In this document: positions 1-7,227 of the stretch, piece after piece | Layout: every line of letters starts with the position of its first letter | Position numbering within the stretch: position 1 is the stretch's first letter | Position numbers and translations under genes: made by a program | NCBI GenBank assembly: GCA_030668825.1 | Contig: DAOVET010000096.1 | Span: 1-10,013, forward strand | DNA from: Candidatus Heimdallarchaeota archaeon | GTDB taxonomy: Archaea > Asgardarchaeota > Heimdallarchaeia > Heimdallarchaeales > Heimdallarchaeaceae | Length of the DNA stretch: 10,013 bases | Direction: 5' to 3' | The notes under the pieces: generated by a model | What the model was told of the DNA's origin: nothing | Seen by the model: the letters and a program-made list of their open reading frames with translations, nothing else | The model's database searches: none

Positions 1-238
1 AATTAAGGTTCGTGCAATAGTTGAAACAATTGAAGAGGAAAAAATTGCTACAGTTGAACTAATTCATGAAAAAGTGGATGCTGCAGCACGCCCACAACTT
101 GATGGTATCGCAATTCCTGGAGAATTAGAAGATGAAGAAGAGGAGGAAGAGGAGGAAGAAGACGGAGAAGAGGTAGATATAGCCCCCGTCGAAACTTCTG
201 AACCTGAAGAAACTTCAGAAGAGGAACAGTCTAAATAA
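1..238 (+). CDS. rpl31e: 50S ribosomal protein L31e (eL31), 5'-truncated by the window, with acidic C-terminal extension
   Basis: Not in the ORF track. Frame +2 is open from base 2 to TAA at 236-238 and reads IKVRAIVETIEEEKIATVELIHEKVDAAARPQLDGIAIPGELEDEEEEEEEEEDGEEVDIAPVETSEPEETSEEEQSK. The IKVRA...ATVEL segment resembles the last two strands of L31e. It lies directly upstream of eIF6, as in the conserved L39e-L31e-eIF6-LX-pfdA-ftsY operon. Confidence 0.8.
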   Translation, partial: IKVRAIVETIEEEKIATVELIHEKVDAAARPQLDGIAIPGELEDEEEEEEEEEDGEEVDIAPVETSEPEETSEEEQSK

Positions 239-262
239 ACTGATCCTTTATTTTCATTTTTT

Positions 263-268
263 GAGGTA
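263..268 (+). promoter_or_regulatory. Shine-Dalgarno-like site for eIF6
   Basis: GAGGTA lies 7 nt upstream of the TTG at 276. Confidence 0.6.
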
Positions 269-275
269 GATAATT

Positions 276-950
276 TTGGACATTGCAAAGACTACTATTT
301 TAGGCAACTCGGGATTAGGTGTTTTTGCATTGTCTACCGAAGATTTTTCCATTGTTCCTTATAGTGTTAAAGAATCCTCTCTCAAAGTGATTTCAAATAC
401 GTTGAGTGTAAATGTAATTCAAACTACTATTGCAAATTCAGTTCTTGTTGGAACTATGATTGTAGGTAACTCAAAAGCTATTTTTGTCCCTCAAAACATT
501 AAAGAAAAGGAATATAAAATACTTGAAGAAAACCTTTCTGATCAGACTGAACTCGTGGAACTAAACAGTAAATATACTGCTCTTGGAAATCTAATTGTTA
601 TGAACGATAAAGGAGCAATTGTAAGTGATATGCTTGAAAAGAATGCTCAAAAACAGATTCAAGATGAATTAAACATAGAGATAACTGTAGGGAATCTTCT
701 TGGTTCTCCACTAGTCGGTAGTCTTGTAATGTCTACAAATCGAGGAGCACTTGTTCATCCTCTTCTTTCTGAGGAAGAAATTAAGGAAATTGCGTCCATT
801 CTCCGAGTTAAAGTTGATGTTTGTACTATTAATAGAGGAATTCCTTATCCAAGAGTTGGTATAATCGCTAATTCCAAAGGAGCAGTAATTGGTACTGATA
901 GTACAGGACCAGAAAGTATGAGAATCTTTGAAGTTTTATTAACTCCTTAA
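276..950 (+). CDS. eif6: Translation initiation factor 6 (aIF6/eIF6, ribosome anti-association factor)
   Basis: 224 aa with five pseudo-repeats: GNSGLGVF, SVLVGTMIVGNSKAIFVP, TALGNLIVMNDKGAIV, PLVGSLVMSTNRGALVHP, TINRG...GIIANSKGAVIGTDSTGPE. TTG start with an SD, and the expected operon position. Confidence 0.96.
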   Translation: MDIAKTTILGNSGLGVFALSTEDFSIVPYSVKESSLKVISNTLSVNVIQTTIANSVLVGTMIVGNSKAIFVPQNIKEKEYKILEENLSDQTELVELNSKYTALGNLIVMNDKGAIVSDMLEKNAQKQIQDELNIEITVGNLLGSPLVGSLVMSTNRGALVHPLLSEEEIKEIASILRVKVDVCTINRGIPYPRVGIIANSKGAVIGTDSTGPESMRIFEVLLTP

Positions 951-1007
951 AGACTTTAGATTCAAAAACTTGAAAAACCCTTTTGCAATCGGGAAATAAC
1001 TAAGATA

Positions 1008-1013
1008 AGGTGA
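1008..1013 (+). promoter_or_regulatory. Shine-Dalgarno site for rpl18a/LX
   Basis: Canonical archaeal AGGTGA lies 7 nt upstream of ATG 1021. Confidence 0.7.
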
Positions 1014-1020
1014 ACGCTAG

Positions 1021-1290
1021 ATGAGCTCTGTTAAAACATTCCATATCCGTGGCGAATATAAGAGGCGAAAAGATAAGATACCTTTTGGTAAATACGTTAG
1101 AGCATTAAATCAAAAAGATGCTTTGGAACAAATCTATAACATTCTTGGAAGCAAACATAAAGTAAAACGAAATTTGATTTTTATTGATCCTAAAGATATC
1201 AAAGAAATCACCAACCCCGATGAGATTAAGGATCCAGTTATCAAGGCATTTGCTACAGAAGACGATTTAGCTATTCCAAAAAGGAAGTGA
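1021..1290 (+). CDS. rpl18a: 50S ribosomal protein L18Ae/LX (eL20)
   Basis: Motif F-x-K-x-VRAL...ALEQIY..LGSKHKVKR..I.I is typical of archaeal LX. It sits between eIF6 and prefoldin alpha. Confidence 0.93.
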   Translation: MSSVKTFHIRGEYKRRKDKIPFGKYVRALNQKDALEQIYNILGSKHKVKRNLIFIDPKDIKEITNPDEIKDPVIKAFATEDDLAIPKRK

Positions 1291-1724
1291 AAGGACTGTC
1301 AAAAGATTCTTCCCCTCAACAAGTTTCTCAAGAGGAACTAAATAATCTATTAATGGCTGCTCAACAATTAGAGCAACAAGCAACTAGATATAACCAACAA
1401 ATAGAAATTTTGAATGGTTATTATAACGAAATTCATAGTGCTGAACAAACATTGGGAGATCTTGACAAAGCAGAGGAAAATAACAAAATTCTAGTTCCTA
1501 TAGGGGCGGGTAATTTCATATATGGAACAGTTGAAAATGGTGAGAAAGTTATTGTTACAATAGGGGCAGGAGTTCACAGTGAAAAATCACTTCAAGATGC
1601 TACTGAAGGTATCAAAAAGAAGAAGACAGATGTCGAAAATCAACTCACTCAAATAAAAGCTAGTTACAATGAAGTAATAGAACGTTTGAAAGAGATTGAT
1701 AGAGTGGTCAAATCTGTTATGTAA
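1287..1724 (+). CDS. pfdA: Prefoldin subunit alpha
   Basis: Coiled coil / ILVPIGAGNFIYG..VIVTIGAGVHSEK beta-hairpins / coiled coil. The GTG start overlaps the rpl18a stop (GTGA). An alternative CTG start exists at 1296. Confidence 0.95.
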   Translation: MKGLSKDSSPQQVSQEELNNLLMAAQQLEQQATRYNQQIEILNGYYNEIHSAEQTLGDLDKAEENNKILVPIGAGNFIYGTVENGEKVIVTIGAGVHSEKSLQDATEGIKKKKTDVENQLTQIKASYNEVIERLKEIDRVVKSVM

Positions 1725-1743
1725 GAGGAGAAGTGAGATTCTC

Positions 1744-2655
1744 TTGTTTGATCAACTTCGAAAAAGCGTTTCAAAAGCTTTCAAAAAGATTACAATTACT
1801 GATTTTTCCGCAAAATCAATTGCAAAAGTAAACAAAGAACTAAAGGATATTTTCATCAAAAACGAAGTTGCTGTAAAAACAACCGATGAAATTTGTAAAA
1901 GATTTGCAAAGAAATTGTTAGAGATTGAGTATACAAGATTTTCTAACACTAGGTCAATTGTATTGGCATCCTTAAGAGAAGTATTATTAGAAATATTGAC
2001 TCCATCACAATCTATAGATCTCATTGAACATGTAAAAATTGCAAGAGAAAGAAAAAATCCTCTAGTTATAGCTTTTTTTGGGGTTAATGGTGTAGGAAAA
2101 ACGCTCTCTATTGCAAAAATTGGAAAATATCTAATGAATAATGGATATTCAAGCGTCTTTGCCGCAGGAGACACCTTTAGAGCAGGAAGTATCCAACAAT
2201 TGCAGAAGCATGGAGATAATCTAAATATAAGAGTAATTGCTCAAAACTACGGTTCTGACGCTGCTGCAGTTGCTTATGATGCGATAAATCATGCGATTTC
2301 AAAAGGGATAAATGTTGTTTTAATCGACACAGCAGGAAGAATGGAAACTAATTCAAATCTAATGGCTGAACTGCAAAAAATATGTAAGGTTTCAGAACCA
2401 GATCTAAAATTTTTTGTGGGTGATGCCCTTACAGGTAATTCCCTAATTTCTCAAGTAAAGCTGTTCAACCAAAAAATTGGAATCGATGCTTCTATATTAA
2501 ATAAAATTGATGCCGATGTCAAAGGTGGAGCTGCAGTTTCAGTTACTCATATAAGCGAAAAACCTATAATTTTCTTAGGTGTTGGACAAAATTATGAGGA
2601 TCTTGAATCCTTCTCTGTAGAAATGATTTTAGACAATATACTACCGACTAAATAG
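1744..2655 (+). CDS. ftsY: Signal recognition particle receptor FtsY (NG domain only, about 303 aa)
   Basis: SRP GTPase motifs GVNGVGKT, DTFRAG, DTAGR, KIDADVKGG and GVGQNYEDL. I moved the start from 1696 to the TTG at 1744, which gives the typical MFDQLRK N-terminus, has GAGGAG/AAGTGA upstream and removes the overlap with pfdA. Confidence 0.95.
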   Translation: MFDQLRKSVSKAFKKITITDFSAKSIAKVNKELKDIFIKNEVAVKTTDEICKRFAKKLLEIEYTRFSNTRSIVLASLREVLLEILTPSQSIDLIEHVKIARERKNPLVIAFFGVNGVGKTLSIAKIGKYLMNNGYSSVFAAGDTFRAGSIQQLQKHGDNLNIRVIAQNYGSDAAAVAYDAINHAISKGINVVLIDTAGRMETNSNLMAELQKICKVSEPDLKFFVGDALTGNSLISQVKLFNQKIGIDASILNKIDADVKGGAAVSVTHISEKPIIFLGVGQNYEDLESFSVEMILDNILPTK

Positions 2656-2732
2656 TGAATTGTTCTCGTTTTCATTCTGTTTTCAGTGTACTTAAACTAC
2701 AAAAATAAAGAAAAAAAGAAAATAAAAAAGAA
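2656..2732. terminator. Convergent oligo-T terminators between ftsY (+) and EF-1alpha (-)
   Basis: The + strand is T-rich just after the ftsY stop (GTTTTCATTCTGTTTTC). Bases 2701-2732 are A-runs, which read as multiple T-tracts on the - strand directly after the EF-1alpha stop. Confidence 0.6.
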
Positions 2733-4016
2733 TTACTTTGGTGTTACGTCTTTTATAATACCAACGGCTACAGTTTGACCCATGTCTCTGATTGCAAAAC
2801 GTCCTAATTGTGGGAATTCTTCATATTTTTCCGCAACCATATCACGAGTTGGAATCATTACTACTTCAGCTGTATCTCCATTCTTCAAGAAGTCTGGTTT
2901 ATCTGTTTTGACACCTTTTGTAGTTTTTGTCTTAAGCTCAGCAAAACGTGTAGCAACCTGAGCAGTTCCACAGTGAATAACTGGTGAATATCCCACTGCT
3001 ATTGCAGAAGGATGTCTGATTACTTGTACTGTTGCTGTGAAGTCTTTTACAATGGTTGGAGGTTTGGCTACATGACCAACAACATCTCCACGACGAACAT
3101 CTTTCTTTTCTAAACCTTTACAACTAAAACCAATGTTATCTCCAGGTATGGCTTCAGGAATTGATTCGTGATGCATTTCAATAGACATTACATTTGATTT
3201 TTTACCTGTAGGTTGGAAGATTACGTCATCCTTTGGTTTAAGAACACCAGTTTCAACACGACCAACTGGAACTGTACCAATTCCTGTGATTGTATAAACA
3301 TCTTGAAGAGGTAGTCTTAATGGTTTATCAACTGGTTTAGGTGGTACTTCAAAAGTATCTAAAGCATCAAGAATTGTAGGGCCTGCATACCATGGCATAG
3401 ATTCTGGTTTTTCATTAAGATTGTCTCCTTTCATACCACTTGTTGGAACGAAGAGTACTCTCTTCATGTCAAAACCAAATAGTTTGAGGTTTCTTGTCAT
3501 TTCATCTTTAACTTCATCAAAACGTTCTTGTTTGTAGTTAGCAAGATCCATTTTATTGACAGCTACTATTAGTTGATCAACACCTAGTGTTTTTGCTAGT
3601 AAAGCATGTTCTCTAGTTTGCCCTGTTGCACTAATTCCAGCCTCGAATTCACCTGTACCAGCACTGATTACGAGAATTGCTGCATCAGCTTGAGAAGTAC
3701 CTGTTATCATGTTTTTAACAAAATCACGATGTCCAGGCGCATCGATAATTGTAAAGTAATATTTCTTTGTTTGGAATTTATAAAATGCAAGATCGATGGT
3801 TACCCCTCTTTCTCTCTCTTCTTTTAATTTGTCTAAAGCCCAGGCAAATTTAAAGCTGCCTCGTCCTATTAATTCAGCTTCTTTTTCAAATTTTTGGATA
3901 TCTCTTTCTGAAATGCTTCCGCATACATAGAGTAAATGTCCAGTCATAGTAGATTTACCATGATCAACGTGACCAATGATTACCAAATTCAAATGAGGTT
4001 TCCCTTTTGAGCTCAT
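2733..4016 (-). CDS. tuf: Translation elongation factor 1-alpha (aEF-1A)
   Basis: 427 aa. [72 protein letters not shown] and [24 protein letters not shown] at 4025-4030 (-). Confidence 0.98.
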   Translation of the reverse strand: MSSKGKPHLNLVIIGHVDHGKSTMTGHLLYVCGSISERDIQKFEKEAELIGRGSFKFAWALDKLKEERERGVTIDLAFYKFQTKKYYFTIIDAPGHRDFVKNMITGTSQADAAILVISAGTGEFEAGISATGQTREHALLAKTLGVDQLIVAVNKMDLANYKQERFDEVKDEMTRNLKLFGFDMKRVLFVPTSGMKGDNLNEKPESMPWYAGPTILDALDTFEVPPKPVDKPLRLPLQDVYTITGIGTVPVGRVETGVLKPKDDVIFQPTGKKSNVMSIEMHHESIPEAIPGDNIGFSCKGLEKKDVRRGDVVGHVAKPPTIVKDFTATVQVIRHPSAIAVGYSPVIHCGTAQVATRFAELKTKTTKGVKTDKPDFLKNGDTAEVVMIPTRDMVAEKYEEFPQLGRFAIRDMGQTVAVGIIKDVTPK

Positions 4017-4090
4017 TTCATATACACCTTTTTGATTAGCAGTACTAACATTATTTATTTGATGTACTATTAGTATTATCCCCCCGTTGA

Positions 4091-4108
4091 ATTTTTAAAA
4101 GCATTTTG
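4091..4108 (-). promoter_or_regulatory. Putative BRE/TATA promoter of EF-1alpha
   Basis: The - strand reads CAAAATGC-TTTTAAAAAT about 75-90 nt upstream of the ATG, implying a leader of roughly 50 nt that carries the SD. Motif match only. Confidence 0.4.
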
Positions 4109-4212
4109 GTTGCGTTGTTTTTGTCTAATTCTCCTATTCAGTAGTTTGAGTATTACCATTTGTAATATTACCCACTTCAAATACAAGATATTTGACTAGA
4201 TGAAATTGATTC

Positions 4213-4241
4213 AAAATGAAAAATAAAAAGAGGAAAAATAG
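4213..4241 (-). terminator. Oligo-T terminator downstream of aglB
   Basis: The - strand reads CTATTTTTCCTCTTTTTATTTTTCATTTT, starting about 15 nt after the aglB stop. Confidence 0.5.
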
Positions 4242-4255
4242 TTGAAGATTATTAG

Positions 4256-6532
4256 CTAATCTTCAGTTTTTTCAGGTACAGGATAATTATTGTTAACTTC
4301 AGCAGAAAGCTGAACAATGTCTTCTGGATAAATTACTTCATAAATCCTAACTAGTGGAAATAATCTGGAATCTGCTATGCCTCTAGCTATACCATAGCTT
4401 CTGAACACTTCACTGAAGTATGTTATACCATCTGGACCTTTAAGGTCATAAACAGGATTTTGTGCTGCATCAACTAACAATCCAGGATAATCACTTATAG
4501 GAGATCCAGTTCCAGGTGTGTCTGGAAATGCAAAACCAGTAGCTTGGTCATAAGCTGATAGTCTATAAAGAACTGAAGAGTAGAATGGTTCTAGATATTG
4601 GTGTTGTGTTTTTGCTTCATTTAAACCATAGAAAGCTTCTTCAGTCATTCCATATCTTGGTACTGTAGATTCAGCAATTTTTATACACCATAGTGCCTTT
4701 CCTAAGTCTGAACCAAGACCTGGAATTCCAGCTTGAGTATTAACTAAGACATATTTTACATTATATTTATACATCAATTTAACTGACTCAGTGAAGTTCC
4801 ACATTAGCATGGTTCCTACCATACCGATTTGTGTTTTATTCGTAGTTGCATTATCTACAAGCGACGTTGCATTACCGTAATTCGTAATCCAATAACCATA
4901 ATCCCACCAACTCATAACGACAGGGGCACTATTTGCAACTATACCTTCTCCTTGAGCATTGTTTCTTAACCACAACAAAGCTTCTTGCCAGTCTGTAGAT
5001 GGAAAGCCTAATTCTCGATAAATTACTGGGGCCATCTCGGATTGAGCATATTGTTCAGCTAATTTTACGCTTTGGAAAGTAAATGTAATAAGTAAACCGA
5101 ATATTACTAAATAAGCTACTATAGCTTCATCTCTACCTATTGATTTCGTGATTCTTAATTTTCTTTTAGTCAGAGCAATTTTACCATGAGCACTTAAAGA
5201 GTAAGTATAAAGTAATTTATCAATGGCAAGTGCGCTTAATAATGAAGCAGCTGGAGATAATAATAATACCAACCTCACCATTGATCCTGAGAAGTAAATT
5301 GTAGTTACTCCAAGAGTAAGGATGATTATATTTACATCTGTTGGTTTTTTAATACAGTAATATAATCCTAAGGGAATCAAGAACATCATAATATGGATGC
5401 TATTGAAGAGTTCAGCCCAAGTCATGGGTTGATGTTCGCTTACTGACGAAATAATCGGAATTCCTTTCCGATTTCCCGGTAGAATAACTGCCCAGAATTT
5501 AGCAGCAATGTTTGTGAACATACCTAAGGACAGAAATACTGTGATTAGAATAGCTAACAAAAACAGTACCGTTATTGAACCTATAATTATAACTTGTTTA
5601 AACGTTTTTTCACTTAGACTTCGTGAAAGGTTCTGTACTATTCCTACCAAAACTAGAAAGCCAATCATCAAAACAGGAATCATAACTTCAATGTTGTAGA
5701 ACTTGTTAACCATTACTCTAGGCACCAAGAATCCTATCATTAATGCCGTGACAATCGTAATAGTATAAGCTTTAATCAGTTTGAATGTAAGTTTCCTTGT
5801 TAAAACTAGGAAGAAAGTTGCTAAAGGCAATAAATCTAAGATATATCTATATGCACCCCAACTTCCAATCAATAAAGCTAAACTTACACCTGCTAAAAAT
5901 GATGAAATGGTACCACCACGTTTCATTGCTCGTATAAAGAAATACAAGGTTAAAACTGTAAATAGAATCCCTACTGATTCATTGTCAAAAAACCCAGCCG
6001 TGCTTCTTGATACAAAAGCAGGGGCAAAAGCCATGAAGAATGCCGTGAATAATCCGGTTCTAGTACTAACTGCTTCTTTTCCGAGGAAATAAGAGGCAAT
6101 AATTGTAAAGAACCCATAAAATACTGGACTAAAGTATGCTACTTGTGTAATTGTTACTTCAATGGAGAATATACCTAATAATCCTTTAATGATAACTGCA
6201 CTTACAGGAACTCCCCAATATAGTTCTCTTCCTGTATGGAAACCGTAAGGATACCAAGAATTATTTTTGAACCAGTGTACGAAATTTATAAAACCATTAT
6301 CACTAATATATTCGGCACTTACTAACTGAACATATGGATCAAATGCCTTGATTAGTGGATCATATCCTTTCATCAAAGAAAACAATCTAATCGTAATACC
6401 TGCTGCGAGAATAATCAATAGACTTATTCTATTAAGAAGAGCTTCTCTGTTTATTTCATAATCTTCGAAATGTTTAACAATTTTTTTCCAAAAGCGTCCT
6501 AGCATTCCGGATATACCTGTATCGCTTGACAT
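4256..6532 (-). CDS. aglB: Oligosaccharyltransferase AglB / STT3 catalytic subunit
   Basis: 758 aa with many TM segments and a soluble C-terminal domain. Motifs FDPY, SRSTAGFFDNE, SVSEHQP, MVRL, WWDYG (4895-4909), DNATTNKT and DLGKALW. SD AGGTGTGA at 6537-6544 (-). Confidence 0.97.
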   Translation of the reverse strand: MSSDTGISGMLGRFWKKIVKHFEDYEINREALLNRISLLIILAAGITIRLFSLMKGYDPLIKAFDPYVQLVSAEYISDNGFINFVHWFKNNSWYPYGFHTGRELYWGVPVSAVIIKGLLGIFSIEVTITQVAYFSPVFYGFFTIIASYFLGKEAVSTRTGLFTAFFMAFAPAFVSRSTAGFFDNESVGILFTVLTLYFFIRAMKRGGTISSFLAGVSLALLIGSWGAYRYILDLLPLATFFLVLTRKLTFKLIKAYTITIVTALMIGFLVPRVMVNKFYNIEVMIPVLMIGFLVLVGIVQNLSRSLSEKTFKQVIIIGSITVLFLLAILITVFLSLGMFTNIAAKFWAVILPGNRKGIPIISSVSEHQPMTWAELFNSIHIMMFLIPLGLYYCIKKPTDVNIIILTLGVTTIYFSGSMVRLVLLLSPAASLLSALAIDKLLYTYSLSAHGKIALTKRKLRITKSIGRDEAIVAYLVIFGLLITFTFQSVKLAEQYAQSEMAPVIYRELGFPSTDWQEALLWLRNNAQGEGIVANSAPVVMSWWDYGYWITNYGNATSLVDNATTNKTQIGMVGTMLMWNFTESVKLMYKYNVKYVLVNTQAGIPGLGSDLGKALWCIKIAESTVPRYGMTEEAFYGLNEAKTQHQYLEPFYSSVLYRLSAYDQATGFAFPDTPGTGSPISDYPGLLVDAAQNPVYDLKGPDGITYFSEVFRSYGIARGIADSRLFPLVRIYEVIYPEDIVQLSAEVNNNYPVPEKTED

Positions 6533-6628
6533 TGAATCACACCTATAACTTGTTACATAAGCTTGGTAATCTCTTATTGAAGTTGAATAAAGAAAAGCGT
6601 TTAAAAATATTACTTATGGCAAGTCTTT

Positions 6629-6695
6629 TCCACTTTAATTTTTCGACAAAAATTCTGATAATGTGAAAAAAAATAGGAAAAACGCTTAAAGTGGA
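6629..6695. repeat. Perfect 10-bp inverted repeat with a 47-nt AT-rich spacer, probably back-to-back TATA elements
   Basis: TCCACTTTAA (6629-6638) and TTAAAGTGGA (6686-6695) lie in the divergent aglB/roadblock intergenic region. On its own strand each TTAAAG is preceded by a GAAAAA BRE-like run. Confidence 0.55.
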
Positions 6696-6793
6696 GGAAT
6701 TAGCAGCTTATCTTATCTTTAGTTTTTTTATTCCAATTAATAGCATAGTAACATTAATTAACTTAATTTATGGTTAAAGTGATTTAGATATTA

Positions 6794-7207
6794 ATGAGAC
6801 TTGAAAGAAAAATCGCATATGCACTGGCTAAAGAGTTAAAAGATATTACACAAGAAGCAAAATTAGAAGCTCTTGCTATTTTAACAGCAACAGGAGATAG
6901 GGTGGCTTTTTACGCTGGAGATAAAACTGCAAATTCAACAGAACTTTCAGCAATTGGAGCAGCACTTGTGGCAGCTGCAAGATTAGCACTTGAAAGGCTA
7001 TCTTATGCCCCAATCAATGATGTGATGGTTCGTGGAAAGGACGGTTTTCTAATTCTCAAATCTATAGGAGATTTTCATCTAGTTGGGGGAACTAGTGATA
7101 TTGAAGAATTCAAAAATGCAATCGCAGTATTATCAAATCATGCACCTACAATAGCGGATATATTATCGTATGTTCAGATTGATGAAGGCGAACTACACAT
7201 GGAATAG
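6794..7207 (+). CDS. Roadblock/LC7 (MglB-like) domain protein
   Basis: 137 aa with the roadblock pattern: helix, ALAILTATG, LSAIGAALVAAA helix, VMVRGKDGFLILKSIG strands and a C-terminal helix. Confidence 0.85.
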   Translation: MRLERKIAYALAKELKDITQEAKLEALAILTATGDRVAFYAGDKTANSTELSAIGAALVAAARLALERLSYAPINDVMVRGKDGFLILKSIGDFHLVGGTSDIEEFKNAIAVLSNHAPTIADILSYVQIDEGELHME

Positions 7208-7227
7208 GAAAACGACATCTTTTACAT

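Noticed and set aside
131-170. GAA/GAG purine tract as a microsatellite or regulatory repeat
   Set aside because: It is fully explained by poly-Glu coding with mixed codons.
64-288. 74-aa Ser-rich minus-strand ORF
   Set aside because: It is the antisense shadow of the Glu-rich eL31 tail, since GAA/GAG read as Ser-rich codons on the other strand.
1696-1743. Extended ftsY N-terminus from the ORF track
   Set aside because: It overlaps pfdA and has no SD. TTG 1744 gives the typical MF start.
1752-2174. 140-aa minus-strand ORF
   Set aside because: It lies entirely antisense to ftsY and has no recognisable motifs.
3606-3827. 73-aa Cys-rich plus-strand ORF
   Set aside because: It is antisense to the conserved EF-1alpha G domain, and the cysteines are a by-product of that coding.
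4080-4182. CCACTTCAAAT (4172-4182) and a C6 run (4080-4085) as an origin recognition box
   Set aside because: It is a single imperfect mini-ORB-like match, the G-string is not attached to it and there is no cdc6/orc1 in the window.
5508-6092. Two plus-strand ORFs (63 and 103 aa)
   Set aside because: They are antisense shadows of AglB transmembrane segments, with K/N/I-rich composition mirroring hydrophobic codons.
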